From the IMG/VR virus record IMGVR_UViG_3300037312_000330, positions 1 through 64,000 of that record: a stretch of DNA of 64,000 nucleotides, one strand, 5' to 3'. The notes beneath the pieces are model-generated. The model made no database searches. It saw nothing but the letters and a program-made list of their open reading frames with translations, and was not told the DNA's origin. The translations under genes and the position numbers were made by a program. Shown here piece by piece: positions 16,880-25,427 of the stretch (its first letter is position 1; each line of letters begins with the position of its first letter). Source of the stretch: a virus. Taxonomy: Duplodnaviria; Caudoviricetes.

Positions 16880-17667
16880 CAGAGGCTCAACAACGATTTC
16901 TTGTTCATTACATGCACATCGGAAAAGAGTTCCACAGTAATGAACTCTTCCTCTTTGTAGGGTACAGTCGCAATCAAAGGATCCAGACTCAAGAGTGTGG
17001 ATCCAGGTGCGAGTGTTGGTATCGAATATGGAAGATCAAAGAAGTCACTTTGTGTGCCTCCCTTCAAGCGTTCTACAGCCAACGTGACCGCGAAATCATT
17101 GCGCATAGGTCCTGGATCGAATCCATGCAACGCAGAATACGAAGCGTAGAACTGAACACTCCGCTCCCACTGCTGGAAGAACTCTACAGCGATGGGGCTC
17201 TTATCGAAGCAGACAATTGTGGCCCAATACATTGGGACTTTGGCACTGCCAACGAATCGTGTGTCGTTCCAGAGTGTTGTCCCGTCAACTGAGTATGCGT
17301 CTTTCGTCAGCGATACTCCACGACCATGCCACGCATCTATGATGCTTGTCGTGCTGATGATCAGATCGGTGTCGATTAGGATAGTCTGATCGAACGGCGT
17401 TAACTCAAACGCACGGTGTCTGTTCGTATTCCAAAAACTGAGGGCAGCTCCAAAGTCTGGATACGCTTTACTGTTGATGCGTTGTGGCCTATCTATCTGA
17501 CGCCAGAACTTCACGTTCTTGGGCCAACCTCTCTTCGGCTGTGGTTCATCCGAAACCACACACACCGGAAGACCCCAGAACTGTTCTATCTGAATGGCAC
17601 ACAGCTTTGCCATTTTGAAGTAGTTCACGCGTTCGTTGTTGAACGCGAATAGGAGTACGCCCTTCAC
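16879..17667 (-). CDS. GT-A fold nucleotide-diphospho-sugar transferase (GT8-like)
   Basis: GVLLFAFNN, TPFDQTILIDTDL (DxD) and RNDFAVTLA. Paralog of the neighbouring gene. Confidence 0.7.
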   Translation of the reverse strand: MKGVLLFAFNNERVNYFKMAKLCAIQIEQFWGLPVCVVSDEPQPKRGWPKNVKFWRQIDRPQRINSKAYPDFGAALSFWNTNRHRAFELTPFDQTILIDTDLIISTTSIIDAWHGRGVSLTKDAYSVDGTTLWNDTRFVGSAKVPMYWATIVCFDKSPIAVEFFQQWERSVQFYASYSALHGFDPGPMRNDFAVTLAVERLKGGTQSDFFDLPYSIPTLAPGSTLLSLDPLIATVPYKEEEFITVELFSDVHVMNKKSLLSL

Positions 17668-17670
17668 AGC

Positions 17671-17979
17671 TTACTCCGTTGCCTCGTCGGGCTCCGATTT
17701 GACTTCTGTCAGCTTATCGATCCCTAGTGATGCCATCCGATCGAAGTAGTTCTTGCGAGCGTTTGTCCACGCTTCTGCCATTTTGGCACTCAACTGCAAG
17801 CACTCGTCAGTGGTTAGAGGCACAGGGAATCCGTCTTTATCTATCGCTTCGTTACATTTGTTCAACATGAACAGAGTAGCACCATCAACACGGAACACGA
17901 AGTTCTTGTGGACGACGACACAGTCCTGTCTGAACTGCTGACGGATATTCTCGAGACTGAGTAGCTTGTCGGAAGTCAT
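17671..17979 (-). CDS. hypothetical protein (first gene of the glycosylation module)
   Basis: 102-aa ORF directly downstream of a candidate promoter. Confidence 0.65.
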   Translation of the reverse strand: MTSDKLLSLENIRQQFRQDCVVVHKNFVFRVDGATLFMLNKCNEAIDKDGFPVPLTTDECLQLSAKMAEAWTNARKNYFDRMASLGIDKLTEVKSEPDEATE

Positions 17980-18001
17980 AATCGGAGCCCTTTGATGTTG
18001 A

Positions 18002-18010
18002 TTATTTACA
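18002..18010 (-). promoter_or_regulatory. candidate promoter element TGTAAATAA
   Basis: Intergenic, 22 nt upstream of the ATG at 17979. Same 9-mer as 1940-1948. Confidence 0.4.
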
Positions 18011-18023
18011 TCACTCTGTCACC

Positions 18024-18704
18024 TCACGCAGTGACAGATTCTGGCGGATTGTTCTTCAACGCCAGTGCAGCTAGCTCCGTCGTGCGCTTACGGTGAGCGA
18101 TACCAATCGTGCCACCGTTGATGCGCTTTGTCACTGCCATGATGTTATTGATGCAGCTATCCGGTACACGACCCATCCAATAGGCGATTGTGATCTGCAG
18201 AGCAAAGTGCTTCTGCTCGGCAATTTCTGGCGTTACCGTAAGATCTTGTCCCACCTTTTCGCCAACCCATTTGTAGTTTTCGAAGAATGTCAGGCCAATT
18301 GGTGAGCGAGCACGGAACTTATAGCCGTCGCCAGAAGCTTCGTCTCCGTTGCCATTGCGATTGGCATACAGAGCATTTCCCAGAGCTTCTGGCTTGTGGG
18401 CCAACTCATCAGCCCGTGGAACCAATGAGCGCCAACGACTTCCAGCAGGACTAGAATTGCCCAGCAATCGAATGCGATCTGCAGAGTAGTCGAGATCCTC
18501 AGACATCCTTTCCAGCATACTGGACTCGTGCAGCACTTGTCCCAGGAAGTCGTCGAGTTCTTCTTCGCCAAGATCGAATTTGCTGGATTGAACTTCGTCA
18601 GCAAACGCAGGTGCCCAATCTTTGGCGGTCGCGGATTTGACACCACAAGCGATTAGGATTCGTTCCCAATCAGCGGCTGTTCTTGCGTGTAGAGGTGTGG
18701 CCAT
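18024..18704 (-). CDS. glycoside hydrolase family 19 endolysin
   Basis: FLGQVLHES (catalytic Glu), EDLDYS, NY, VTKRINGG and GIAHRK. The start is probably MATPLH at 18704. Confidence 0.85.
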   Translation of the reverse strand: MATPLHARTAADWERILIACGVKSATAKDWAPAFADEVQSSKFDLGEEELDDFLGQVLHESSMLERMSEDLDYSADRIRLLGNSSPAGSRWRSLVPRADELAHKPEALGNALYANRNGNGDEASGDGYKFRARSPIGLTFFENYKWVGEKVGQDLTVTPEIAEQKHFALQITIAYWMGRVPDSCINNIMAVTKRINGGTIGIAHRKRTTELAALALKNNPPESVTA

Positions 18705-19141
18705 ATTTCTTTCGCGTGTTGAGCACAATACGACGTGACAGCCAGTAGTACGACAGTCACATAAAGGAGACACGAAGCAATACTAAGGTGTTCTGTCCAA
18801 CTGATTCCCAAACCTATCATGGATAGTGGGATCATTGTGCTGAACACGCACGTGAAGCAAGGATGAAGATCGCTCTTTGGCACGGATCCGCTGATGATAG
18901 CGCCTATCACGGCATACATCAAGCTGGTGCAAAAAGCTAGACTGAGCAGAAATTGTGAACTGTGCTGTTGGATGCATTCAGTCCACGATTGTCCAGAGAG
19001 AGTAGACAAGCTATCAGATGCGGCCATCAATCCTAGTTGGATCATTGCGACACCGAACAATCCAAGTCCTAGAATCACTATGCCCGATATGAAGAACTGC
19101 ACCCTCCTCTTGATTTCGTCGGTAGTCATTTCGGTGGCCAT
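18653..19141 (-). CDS. multi-pass membrane protein (holin-like)
   Basis: Three to four hydrophobic helices; lies directly upstream of the endolysin. Confidence 0.55.
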   Translation of the reverse strand: MATEMTTDEIKRRVQFFISGIVILGLGLFGVAMIQLGLMAASDSLSTLSGQSWTECIQQHSSQFLLSLAFCTSLMYAVIGAIISGSVPKSDLHPCFTCVFSTMIPLSMIGLGISWTEHLSIASCLLYVTVVLLAVTSYCAQHAKEIWPHLYTQEQPLIGNES

Positions 19142-19434
19142 CCTTCCATTGGTGGTAGCTCTAGACCTTTCTGTCCAAGGATGTAAGCTTCAAGCTGCAT
19201 GATTCGTTTGAGATACAGGCCCTCACGAGCAGTCACCGTATGCAGTTGTTCGTTCAGTTGTTTGATTTCTCGGTCCATGTAATCCTTGAGGTCTTTCCGA
19301 GCTTGTTTCTCGGCATCAAGAGATTCCTTGGCCTTCTTGTCTATGTAGTTTAGAAACCATCGTGCACCAGCCCCGAGACTAGTGAACAATGCTCCTATTC
19401 CACCCAAGATCAATACTATATCCTGAACGCTCAT
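19126..19434 (-). CDS. single-TM plus coiled-coil protein (holin/antiholin-like)
   Basis: N-terminal TM (IVLILGGIGALFTSLGAGA) followed by a charged coiled coil. Located in the lysis cassette. Confidence 0.55.
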   Translation of the reverse strand: MSVQDIVLILGGIGALFTSLGAGARWFLNYIDKKAKESLDAEKQARKDLKDYMDREIKQLNEQLHTVTAREGLYLKRIMQLEAYILGQKGLELPPMEGWPPK

Positions 19435-19507
19435 GGTCTGTCACCCCTTGAGCGGCAATTAGTCTTATTCTGATGCTGCACGATTTGTTTCCTCTGTGGT
19501 CCCTGTC

Positions 19508-19574
19508 AAAGAAAAACGACGCGCTTGTAAGCAAATACCTACCGGAGTAAGCACTAACCTACAAGAAGCGTCGT
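19508..19574 (-). ncRNA. structured RNA element (long hairpin plus U-tract): small RNA, attenuator or strong terminator
   Basis: ACGACGC-TT-CTTGTAGGT-TAGT-GCTTAC-TCCG-GTAGGT-ATTT-GCTTACAAG-C-GCGTCGT-TTTTCTTT. About 25 possible bp including 5 G-U pairs, capped by a cUCCGg tetraloop. Confidence 0.55.
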
Positions 19575-19583
19575 ATCAAATTA
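19575..19583 (-). promoter_or_regulatory. candidate late-promoter motif TAATTTGAT
   Basis: The same 9-mer occurs intergenically at 43677-43685 and 59090-59098. Here it abuts the structured RNA. Confidence 0.45.
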
Positions 19584-19606
19584 CGTGCGTAAGGGGCTAC
19601 AGGGTT

Positions 19607-20071
19607 CTATTTGGCAGCGGTTGGAAGTGGAATTTCAACACCAACGGACCAGAGGTCTTGTGGAGTGTGGTGCGTGTATTTCCAACCAGCAGCCGCAGAA
19701 ATTGCCTTGCTGCAATACCAATGGTGAGTGCGGTGATCTGGAATAAGCGCAATCACAAACGACATGACGCCAAGCCAATCGTAACCTTCTCCTTTGTGGT
19801 CTTTGAACCATTCTAGGATCATATCGTGATCGGCTGGAATTCCTGCCAGCACCCAACGTCCTGTCGACAGGTCGATTGTCGTTTGACGCACACCTCCGTC
19901 ACGTTGACTGGCACTCCATGTAGTTGCAGTAAGTCCATCGATGGATTCAACAAATTCCACATGACTGAACCGACTGTCTGTCCACCAACAAACAAGATGG
20001 TCGATAAATCGTGAGTTGTTGGGATTCTCGGCTTTGGTTCCGAGATAGAATGCCAGTGTCGTGAGGGTCAT
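19607..20071 (-). CDS. permuted papain-like NlpC/P60 (YiiX/YebB-like) amidase
   Basis: FSHVE (His) precedes YDW and WYCSK (Cys), the circularly permuted order. Confidence 0.75.
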   Translation of the reverse strand: MTLTTLAFYLGTKAENPNNSRFIDHLVCWWTDSRFSHVEFVESIDGLTATTWSASQRDGGVRQTTIDLSTGRWVLAGIPADHDMILEWFKDHKGEGYDWLGVMSFVIALIPDHRTHHWYCSKAISAAAGWKYTHHTPQDLWSVGVEIPLPTAAK

Positions 20072-20094
20072 GATTTGTCTCTAGTTATGTTGTG

Positions 20095-20595
20095 TTATGG
20101 GGCAGGGGCTGGAGAAGGCGCGGGCGCGGGAGTCTGATCATCTGGTGATGGAGGAGGCGGTAGCAACGATGCGAAATATGCAGCGCGTTGCGACACCAAA
20201 TCTGTCACATTTTGCGGAGCTCCACTGATAGTCGCCTGGAGTGACGCTCGTTGATCTGCATCCGGATCCGGGCTACCGTCTGTTGGGGCAGCCGGTAGCG
20301 CGTTTAGCGCGGTCTGCGCCGCCTCCACATTCAGAGCTTGCTGCAAAAGGGCCATATCGGCCCTCGCAGCATCGCCAGCGGCGCGGGAAGTGAAGACAGT
20401 GACGTTGAAGTCATTCATCTCCGCTTGTTCGTCTGGTGTCATGGTATATAGACCAAGTTCCATGCCGGCGATCTTCCGATTAAGGATCAGCTCCTCCTGA
20501 ACAGAGTACTTGGACCGCAACATGGCCTCCGTACGATTTATGATGTCGGCCTCGGACCAAACATCAAACCCCATCAGATTGACAAACGATGTCAT
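20095..20595 (-). CDS. fibre assembly/chaperone-like protein with Pro-rich tail
   Basis: Directly downstream of the fibre genes with an ATGA overlap. C-terminus is PPPPSP...PAPAP. Confidence 0.5.
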   Translation of the reverse strand: MTSFVNLMGFDVWSEADIINRTEAMLRSKYSVQEELILNRKIAGMELGLYTMTPDEQAEMNDFNVTVFTSRAAGDAARADMALLQQALNVEAAQTALNALPAAPTDGSPDPDADQRASLQATISGAPQNVTDLVSQRAAYFASLLPPPPSPDDQTPAPAPSPAPAP

Positions 20596-23500
20596 ATAGC
20601 TATTCTCCGTGCGATAACTTGGACCCAGACGTTACCAGGAGCCGTGTTGAAACGGATGGTCTCCTTGAAGCCGTCCCACAAACGAATCCAATCCTTTGTG
20701 GATCCTTCGCGCTTGCTTGTGCCAGCAGCTAGGACCTCTAGTGCTTCCCATCCAGGTGGAAGGATGAAATCGAGGAAGTTGATTGGTGAGCTGTTAATGT
20801 TTGCCGTTGCATTGGCACTCATGAACACTTGACCAGATCCGTTGATCAGTGAAGACAACGTAGTACCTGCAGGTATGCCGGTTCCTGTGATCTGCGCACC
20901 AACATACGTTGTCTGTTGCGGCACATCCATGCCAGATACGCCGTCAACGCGGTTAAATGCGTTTGTCAGGAAACCAATGAACTGACCTGTCCAATCGAAC
21001 ACTCGTGTCTGACGGATCACTTTACCCGCAGGTTCAGCACGTTTGAACAACTCTTCACGAGCTATCAATGCTGGGAGCGTAATGTCTACGCCAGGATTGA
21101 ATGAACCTGCCCTAGCGACCATACGTACACCAGCACTGTGACGACACTTGAAGAACGTTCCACCTGTAGATGCTGTCAACACCGATTCTGTGGACGCACG
21201 TACCAGACCAATCCAAGACATTTCGTAGGTAGAACTTACTGTCTTGAATTTGTCCTGCAGATCATCATAATCCAGGTCCAATAGGTTGTTGGAATCTGGA
21301 AGTGCAACTTGCGATCCCTGAGAAAACATCTCATTTTCTTGTGTCCACATGAACAGTGACTGTTCCGGTGTTGGTACAGTAGCGCCAATCTTCACCAACG
21401 CAATGGACCCAGAGGTTGGAAACCAAGAAGTTGTGGAATATGTGTTTCCTATTGTTAGCAATGCACTGCTGTTGTTGAGGGTCAACAACGATGTGCCATT
21501 CGTCTGGGCTATTTGGGTACCATTGAGCTTTAATGTAAGCGATCCATTAGATGTATATTCTAGTCTTGTCTGAACCCAACCTGTTCCGCTGAATGAAATT
21601 GTGCTTGTTACCGTTCTGGTCGTTGTGCCGTCATAGACAGTTCCTATCAGCTTGCCTTCAAAGTCAATACCAAGCTGCAGATACGCGCCACTGGAGTAAC
21701 TACGCTCCACAATTGGTGATATTGTTCGCAAAGAAGTAGTCGTAGATGGGTTGTCCACATACGGGTCCGGGTCTGTCACACTACCAGCTCCTTGCTTAGA
21801 ACTGACCATACAGTTACGTACCAGAACGCCGCTCGTTCCGTTCCCAGCAAACGTATAGGTGTTTGGGTTTTGATTGGTCCACGCTGCATCAAGGGGTCTG
21901 ACGTACCAACTTCCAGATCCACCTAGAAGGATTCCGTCCGCGAAGGGCTTCATTGAGATTCGGTACCAACCTCCACCAAGATTCGTAATTCTTCCGGCTA
22001 CTTGGTTAAAGACAACAGTTCCGGCTGTCAGATCGAAGGCCGCCCAATTGCCAGTCTGTGCTGCTTCTCCAATCGCAACTTTCGTATAGCCGTTTGCATG
22101 CACTTCACACGAGAAGATCGGAGCACAATATCCTGTGACACCAGTCTGTGCAATGCCCTGCGATCCAGAAGTTGTAGAAGGTACGACGTTGAAAGCACCC
22201 CCACTTACTGTAACAGTTGTTCCACTCAGTTTCGTCCAACTAGTGTCGGTCAGCAAGTTGCTGGCTTTCAAAAGATTGCCACCTGTGGAGCCACCGATGA
22301 AATTCACCCATGCACTCGCTTGCCAACTTCCCGTACCGAAGTCCAGATCACTGCTGTACGCGAGTTCTTGAGCATAGCTCGACGCACTCCAGCCGCTGTA
22401 GCCGACGAGTTGGTTTCCAGTGTTGACAGCAGCACTCGTTAGTGTGCCAAAAACGTGCACCGCTTTTGACTTCGTCGTTCTATCCAGAATACCAACGTTC
22501 TTGCACGAGAAGTTGTCTATAGATCCAGAGAATCCGGATCCAAGGACTCCAGTCTGGCCAATACTTCCATCGCATTGAACATAGTACGTGTATGTTCCAT
22601 TAGCAGTGATTGCTGGCGAACGTGCAAAAGCGTTCTGCCCCACGAACATATACAGACTGCCAGCCGTGTAGTTCGAGACAGTGATTGTGAGCTTAAATAT
22701 CGAATACGCTGTAATTCCAGCAAGATTCTGGTAGAGATAGTTAGAAGTATTCGTGCCAGTTGCGATACCGCCGGACACTGTCCATCCAGCGCCGGTTTGC
22801 CACAAAGCAGGGACATCGAATCCAGTATCTGTACAGATCTCGGTGGCAACTGCTTCACCCCAAGTTCTAGACGCCGTGTCCGACAAATACACGCGTCGCA
22901 TGTCGCCGGACATCCATCCTGTATTGTATGTGTCAGAGATGCCAGCAGCAAGACTCGAGGCACCTGCACCTTCGTTAACTCTGTTCAAGAACAGACGAGG
23001 TAATGTGGTAGATATGCGAGCCAGTAAGCCACGTTTACCAAGCGCCAGAGCCTTGGTCTGCCCACCGAATGATCCCGAACCACCAGAAAATTCCGCTTGG
23101 TTTGTGATAGTTGGAGCCCAATTGGCAGACGCCGAATTGGGTTGCGGAAGGATACGCACCAAATTGTCACCAGATGCCCCGTAAGCTAGGAGATACGGAT
23201 TGAACGCCATAGGCGCATTCCAATTTCCACCAGCAGACGACGACAGAACAGTCAGACCGTCATTCTTTATGATGTTAGCGCCATTAGTGTTCATAATGGC
23301 GAATGTTGGAACTTGTAGACCCGTTACAGGATCGAGAGGGGCATCTGGAGTTACAGTTATACCAATCCAATTGACACTGCCATTGCCGAAAGCACACGTG
23401 AACCCGTCGCCATTGCCAGTAGTGTTCTGGATAGAATTCGCCAGTTGGCGATCACCTATTCTGCGACGTTGGAGTACGAAATTACCAGCACCGGTGTAAC

Positions 23501-25373
23501 GAATGTCATCACGTGGAAAGTTGAGAAGCATGCCGCCACAATTCGTACCTCCGATCGTCAAATATCCGTGACCGGCGTTTACGTGGTTCACTCCTGGACT
23601 CGCGTTAGCAGCAGTCAACAGATTGTTTCCTGAACCGCCACTTGTGGTCGAAAATACCATCCACATTGGACATCCAGTCTGTGTCAGATCATAACCTATG
23701 ACACGACCTGCTTCAGCGATCCATGCACTTAGTCTTGGGAACTTGGCTCGGTTGCCGCGGAAGATTTCGGTCGTACCTTGGTCGCTGGTGGTCTTGTCTT
23801 CCAGCGCGGTCATCATCGCTCCGTATTCGAACTGTACACCCCAGATGTAAAGTCCAGAAACTCCGTCACCTTGATAACTCGTGTTCCCAGTCGCGTCAGC
23901 CAATTGAAAAACTGGAGTGTGTGCTGTGGCAATGGGAATCGCGCTCGTGGCAGATATGCGATAGATACCACCACCAAGATTGGTAATGGTGGCTGTCCCA
24001 GTAGTAGCGTTTACTGTTCCTGCATTGAGATCTACGTCCGCAGCGTAGTAACCTGCCAGATTGGTGATTCGGAAACGTGTTCGTTCGGCAGCTTTCGCAT
24101 AGCAAGAAACAGTCATCACACCAAAAGTAGCTGCCATTCCAGCACCTGAATGCTGTATGAAGTGACCCCCATTAGTGGAATCTTCCACCAACTTGTCCGC
24201 CAATAGCACACCGTTGTGATCGGTCGTCGTATTCGCTGTGACTGAAGCGTGCGTGGTCACCCACGGGGACGAGTTGAGTGCTGAGGAATTTCCGAACAGA
24301 TTCTTCCACAGGCGATAAAACTTTCCGTCCGCAGTGTTCTGGAAATAGCTACCACTGTTTGGGACCAACGAAGTGACTTGCTTGACACTAACGTTGTCGA
24401 ATACAGCACTGTATCCCTGCGGTGCATACACCGCGTTGCTAGCAGTTTCACATATTACAGTGAGAGTTGTAGAAACTGTTGGTACGAAATAGATATATCC
24501 TGGATCGCTTAATGCGATTGGAGCCGGAAGACGGGCGATAAGGAGCCCAGAACTGGCGATCATGTTTAGTGAACCAGGAGATACACCGAGAGCAACTCGG
24601 GCTCTATAGTTTCCTCCAGAACTATCTACATTACCGTTAGCATCATATGCTTGAATCTTCCCGACAGAAAGACAGTACAAAGTGTTTGCTGTTACGGAGA
24701 TGCTTTGTGTTGCAGAATCACTGGCGCTGCCGCCGACAAGCGCAGTGACTTTTAGAGAACCATTTGTCCATGTTGTGTTGCCTGGAGTTCCGGCAACCCA
24801 ACCTGTTATTCCAGTGTCAAATGTTCCGTTGGTCAGCAATTCAGGACCAAATGTAGCTCCATCTTTGGCGCGAGCAAAGAATTCACTTACGTTTGGCCCC
24901 AACCAGTTTCCGTAGATCGGTTCGTTAAACCACGAGCTCTTGTCGCATTTTTGGGTCCACGCACCACCATCATTGTCTTTGCTGGTATCGTAAATAACCA
25001 TGCTATTGACAGTGGCCGTGCAACGATGCAAAGCAGCATACGAAGTGGCAGATGTTCCCGCAATAGATTGTAGCACCACCGATTGGCCGGTGGTCGCCAT
25101 TCCAGTTGCAGCAGAAATCTGTGCTTGAGTCGATGACAATTGGGACTGAATTGTGCCGTAGTCGTTCGAGCGTTGAGTTTGGAACGTGTTGTATTGAGCG
25201 GCACGCGCAACTTCAGCGCTAGAAGCCAGAACATCGTTATCAGCCAGTAGTTTCGCGAATGTACGGACCGGACCATTATTCGTGGTCACAGTCTGGGTAT
25301 TCGGACCGTGGATAATCGAGTGTGCTGTGCCTGCATCCGCAGTCAATTGGTTGACTGTATCAGTGAGAGCCAT
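20592..25373 (-). CDS. giant virion fibre/adhesin paralog 1 (1593 aa; CBM-like, head-spike-like and LamG-like modules)
   Basis: N-terminal TVTTxxGPVxTxAK anchor, YDTSKDxDGGAW motif, GPELLTNGTFD CBM-like repeats, LamG-like DLDFGTG...SIALVKIG and a shared C-terminal GWE...KREGSTKDW...DGF. Confidence 0.8.
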   Translation of the reverse strand: MALTDTVNQLTADAGTAHSIIHGPNTQTVTTNNGPVRTFAKLLADNDVLASSAEVARAAQYNTFQTQRSNDYGTIQSQLSSTQAQISAATGMATTGQSVVLQSIAGTSATSYAALHRCTATVNSMVIYDTSKDNDGGAWTQKCDKSSWFNEPIYGNWLGPNVSEFFARAKDGATFGPELLTNGTFDTGITGWVAGTPGNTTWTNGSLKVTALVGGSASDSATQSISVTANTLYCLSVGKIQAYDANGNVDSSGGNYRARVALGVSPGSLNMIASSGLLIARLPAPIALSDPGYIYFVPTVSTTLTVICETASNAVYAPQGYSAVFDNVSVKQVTSLVPNSGSYFQNTADGKFYRLWKNLFGNSSALNSSPWVTTHASVTANTTTDHNGVLLADKLVEDSTNGGHFIQHSGAGMAATFGVMTVSCYAKAAERTRFRITNLAGYYAADVDLNAGTVNATTGTATITNLGGGIYRISATSAIPIATAHTPVFQLADATGNTSYQGDGVSGLYIWGVQFEYGAMMTALEDKTTSDQGTTEIFRGNRAKFPRLSAWIAEAGRVIGYDLTQTGCPMWMVFSTTSGGSGNNLLTAANASPGVNHVNAGHGYLTIGGTNCGGMLLNFPRDDIRYTGAGNFVLQRRRIGDRQLANSIQNTTGNGDGFTCAFGNGSVNWIGITVTPDAPLDPVTGLQVPTFAIMNTNGANIIKNDGLTVLSSSAGGNWNAPMAFNPYLLAYGASGDNLVRILPQPNSASANWAPTITNQAEFSGGSGSFGGQTKALALGKRGLLARISTTLPRLFLNRVNEGAGASSLAAGISDTYNTGWMSGDMRRVYLSDTASRTWGEAVATEICTDTGFDVPALWQTGAGWTVSGGIATGTNTSNYLYQNLAGITAYSIFKLTITVSNYTAGSLYMFVGQNAFARSPAITANGTYTYYVQCDGSIGQTGVLGSGFSGSIDNFSCKNVGILDRTTKSKAVHVFGTLTSAAVNTGNQLVGYSGWSASSYAQELAYSSDLDFGTGSWQASAWVNFIGGSTGGNLLKASNLLTDTSWTKLSGTTVTVSGGAFNVVPSTTSGSQGIAQTGVTGYCAPIFSCEVHANGYTKVAIGEAAQTGNWAAFDLTAGTVVFNQVAGRITNLGGGWYRISMKPFADGILLGGSGSWYVRPLDAAWTNQNPNTYTFAGNGTSGVLVRNCMVSSKQGAGSVTDPDPYVDNPSTTTSLRTISPIVERSYSSGAYLQLGIDFEGKLIGTVYDGTTTRTVTSTISFSGTGWVQTRLEYTSNGSLTLKLNGTQIAQTNGTSLLTLNNSSALLTIGNTYSTTSWFPTSGSIALVKIGATVPTPEQSLFMWTQENEMFSQGSQVALPDSNNLLDLDYDDLQDKFKTVSSTYEMSWIGLVRASTESVLTASTGGTFFKCRHSAGVRMVARAGSFNPGVDITLPALIAREELFKRAEPAGKVIRQTRVFDWTGQFIGFLTNAFNRVDGVSGMDVPQQTTYVGAQITGTGIPAGTTLSSLINGSGQVFMSANATANINSSPINFLDFILPPGWEALEVLAAGTSKREGSTKDWIRLWDGFKETIRFNTAPGNVWVQVIARRIAI
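20660..20680. repeat. 21-nt exact repeat shared with 30516-30536
   Basis: TCTCCTTGAAGCCGTCCCACA (encodes WDGFKE) occurs in fibre genes 1 and 3. Confidence 0.9.
22333..22358. repeat. 26-nt exact repeat shared with 27391-27416
   Basis: GTACCGAAGTCCAGATCACTGCTGTA (encodes YSSDLDFGT) occurs in fibre genes 1 and 2. Confidence 0.9.
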
Positions 25374-25397
25374 TTTTGTCCCGTTGTGAAGAGTAGT

Positions 25398-25420
25398 GGG
25401 TCACCTCGTGATGGTGACCC
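25398..25420 (-). other. 8-bp intergenic hairpin without a U-tract
   Basis: GGGTCACC-N7-GGTGACCC between fibre genes 2 and 1. May be an mRNA stabiliser or processing site. Confidence 0.45.
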
Positions 25421-25427
25421 TTCCCTA

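Noticed and set aside
16864-17292. 142-aa plus-strand ORF over the glycosyltransferase genes
   Set aside because: It is antisense to a well-supported GT-A gene and has no motif.
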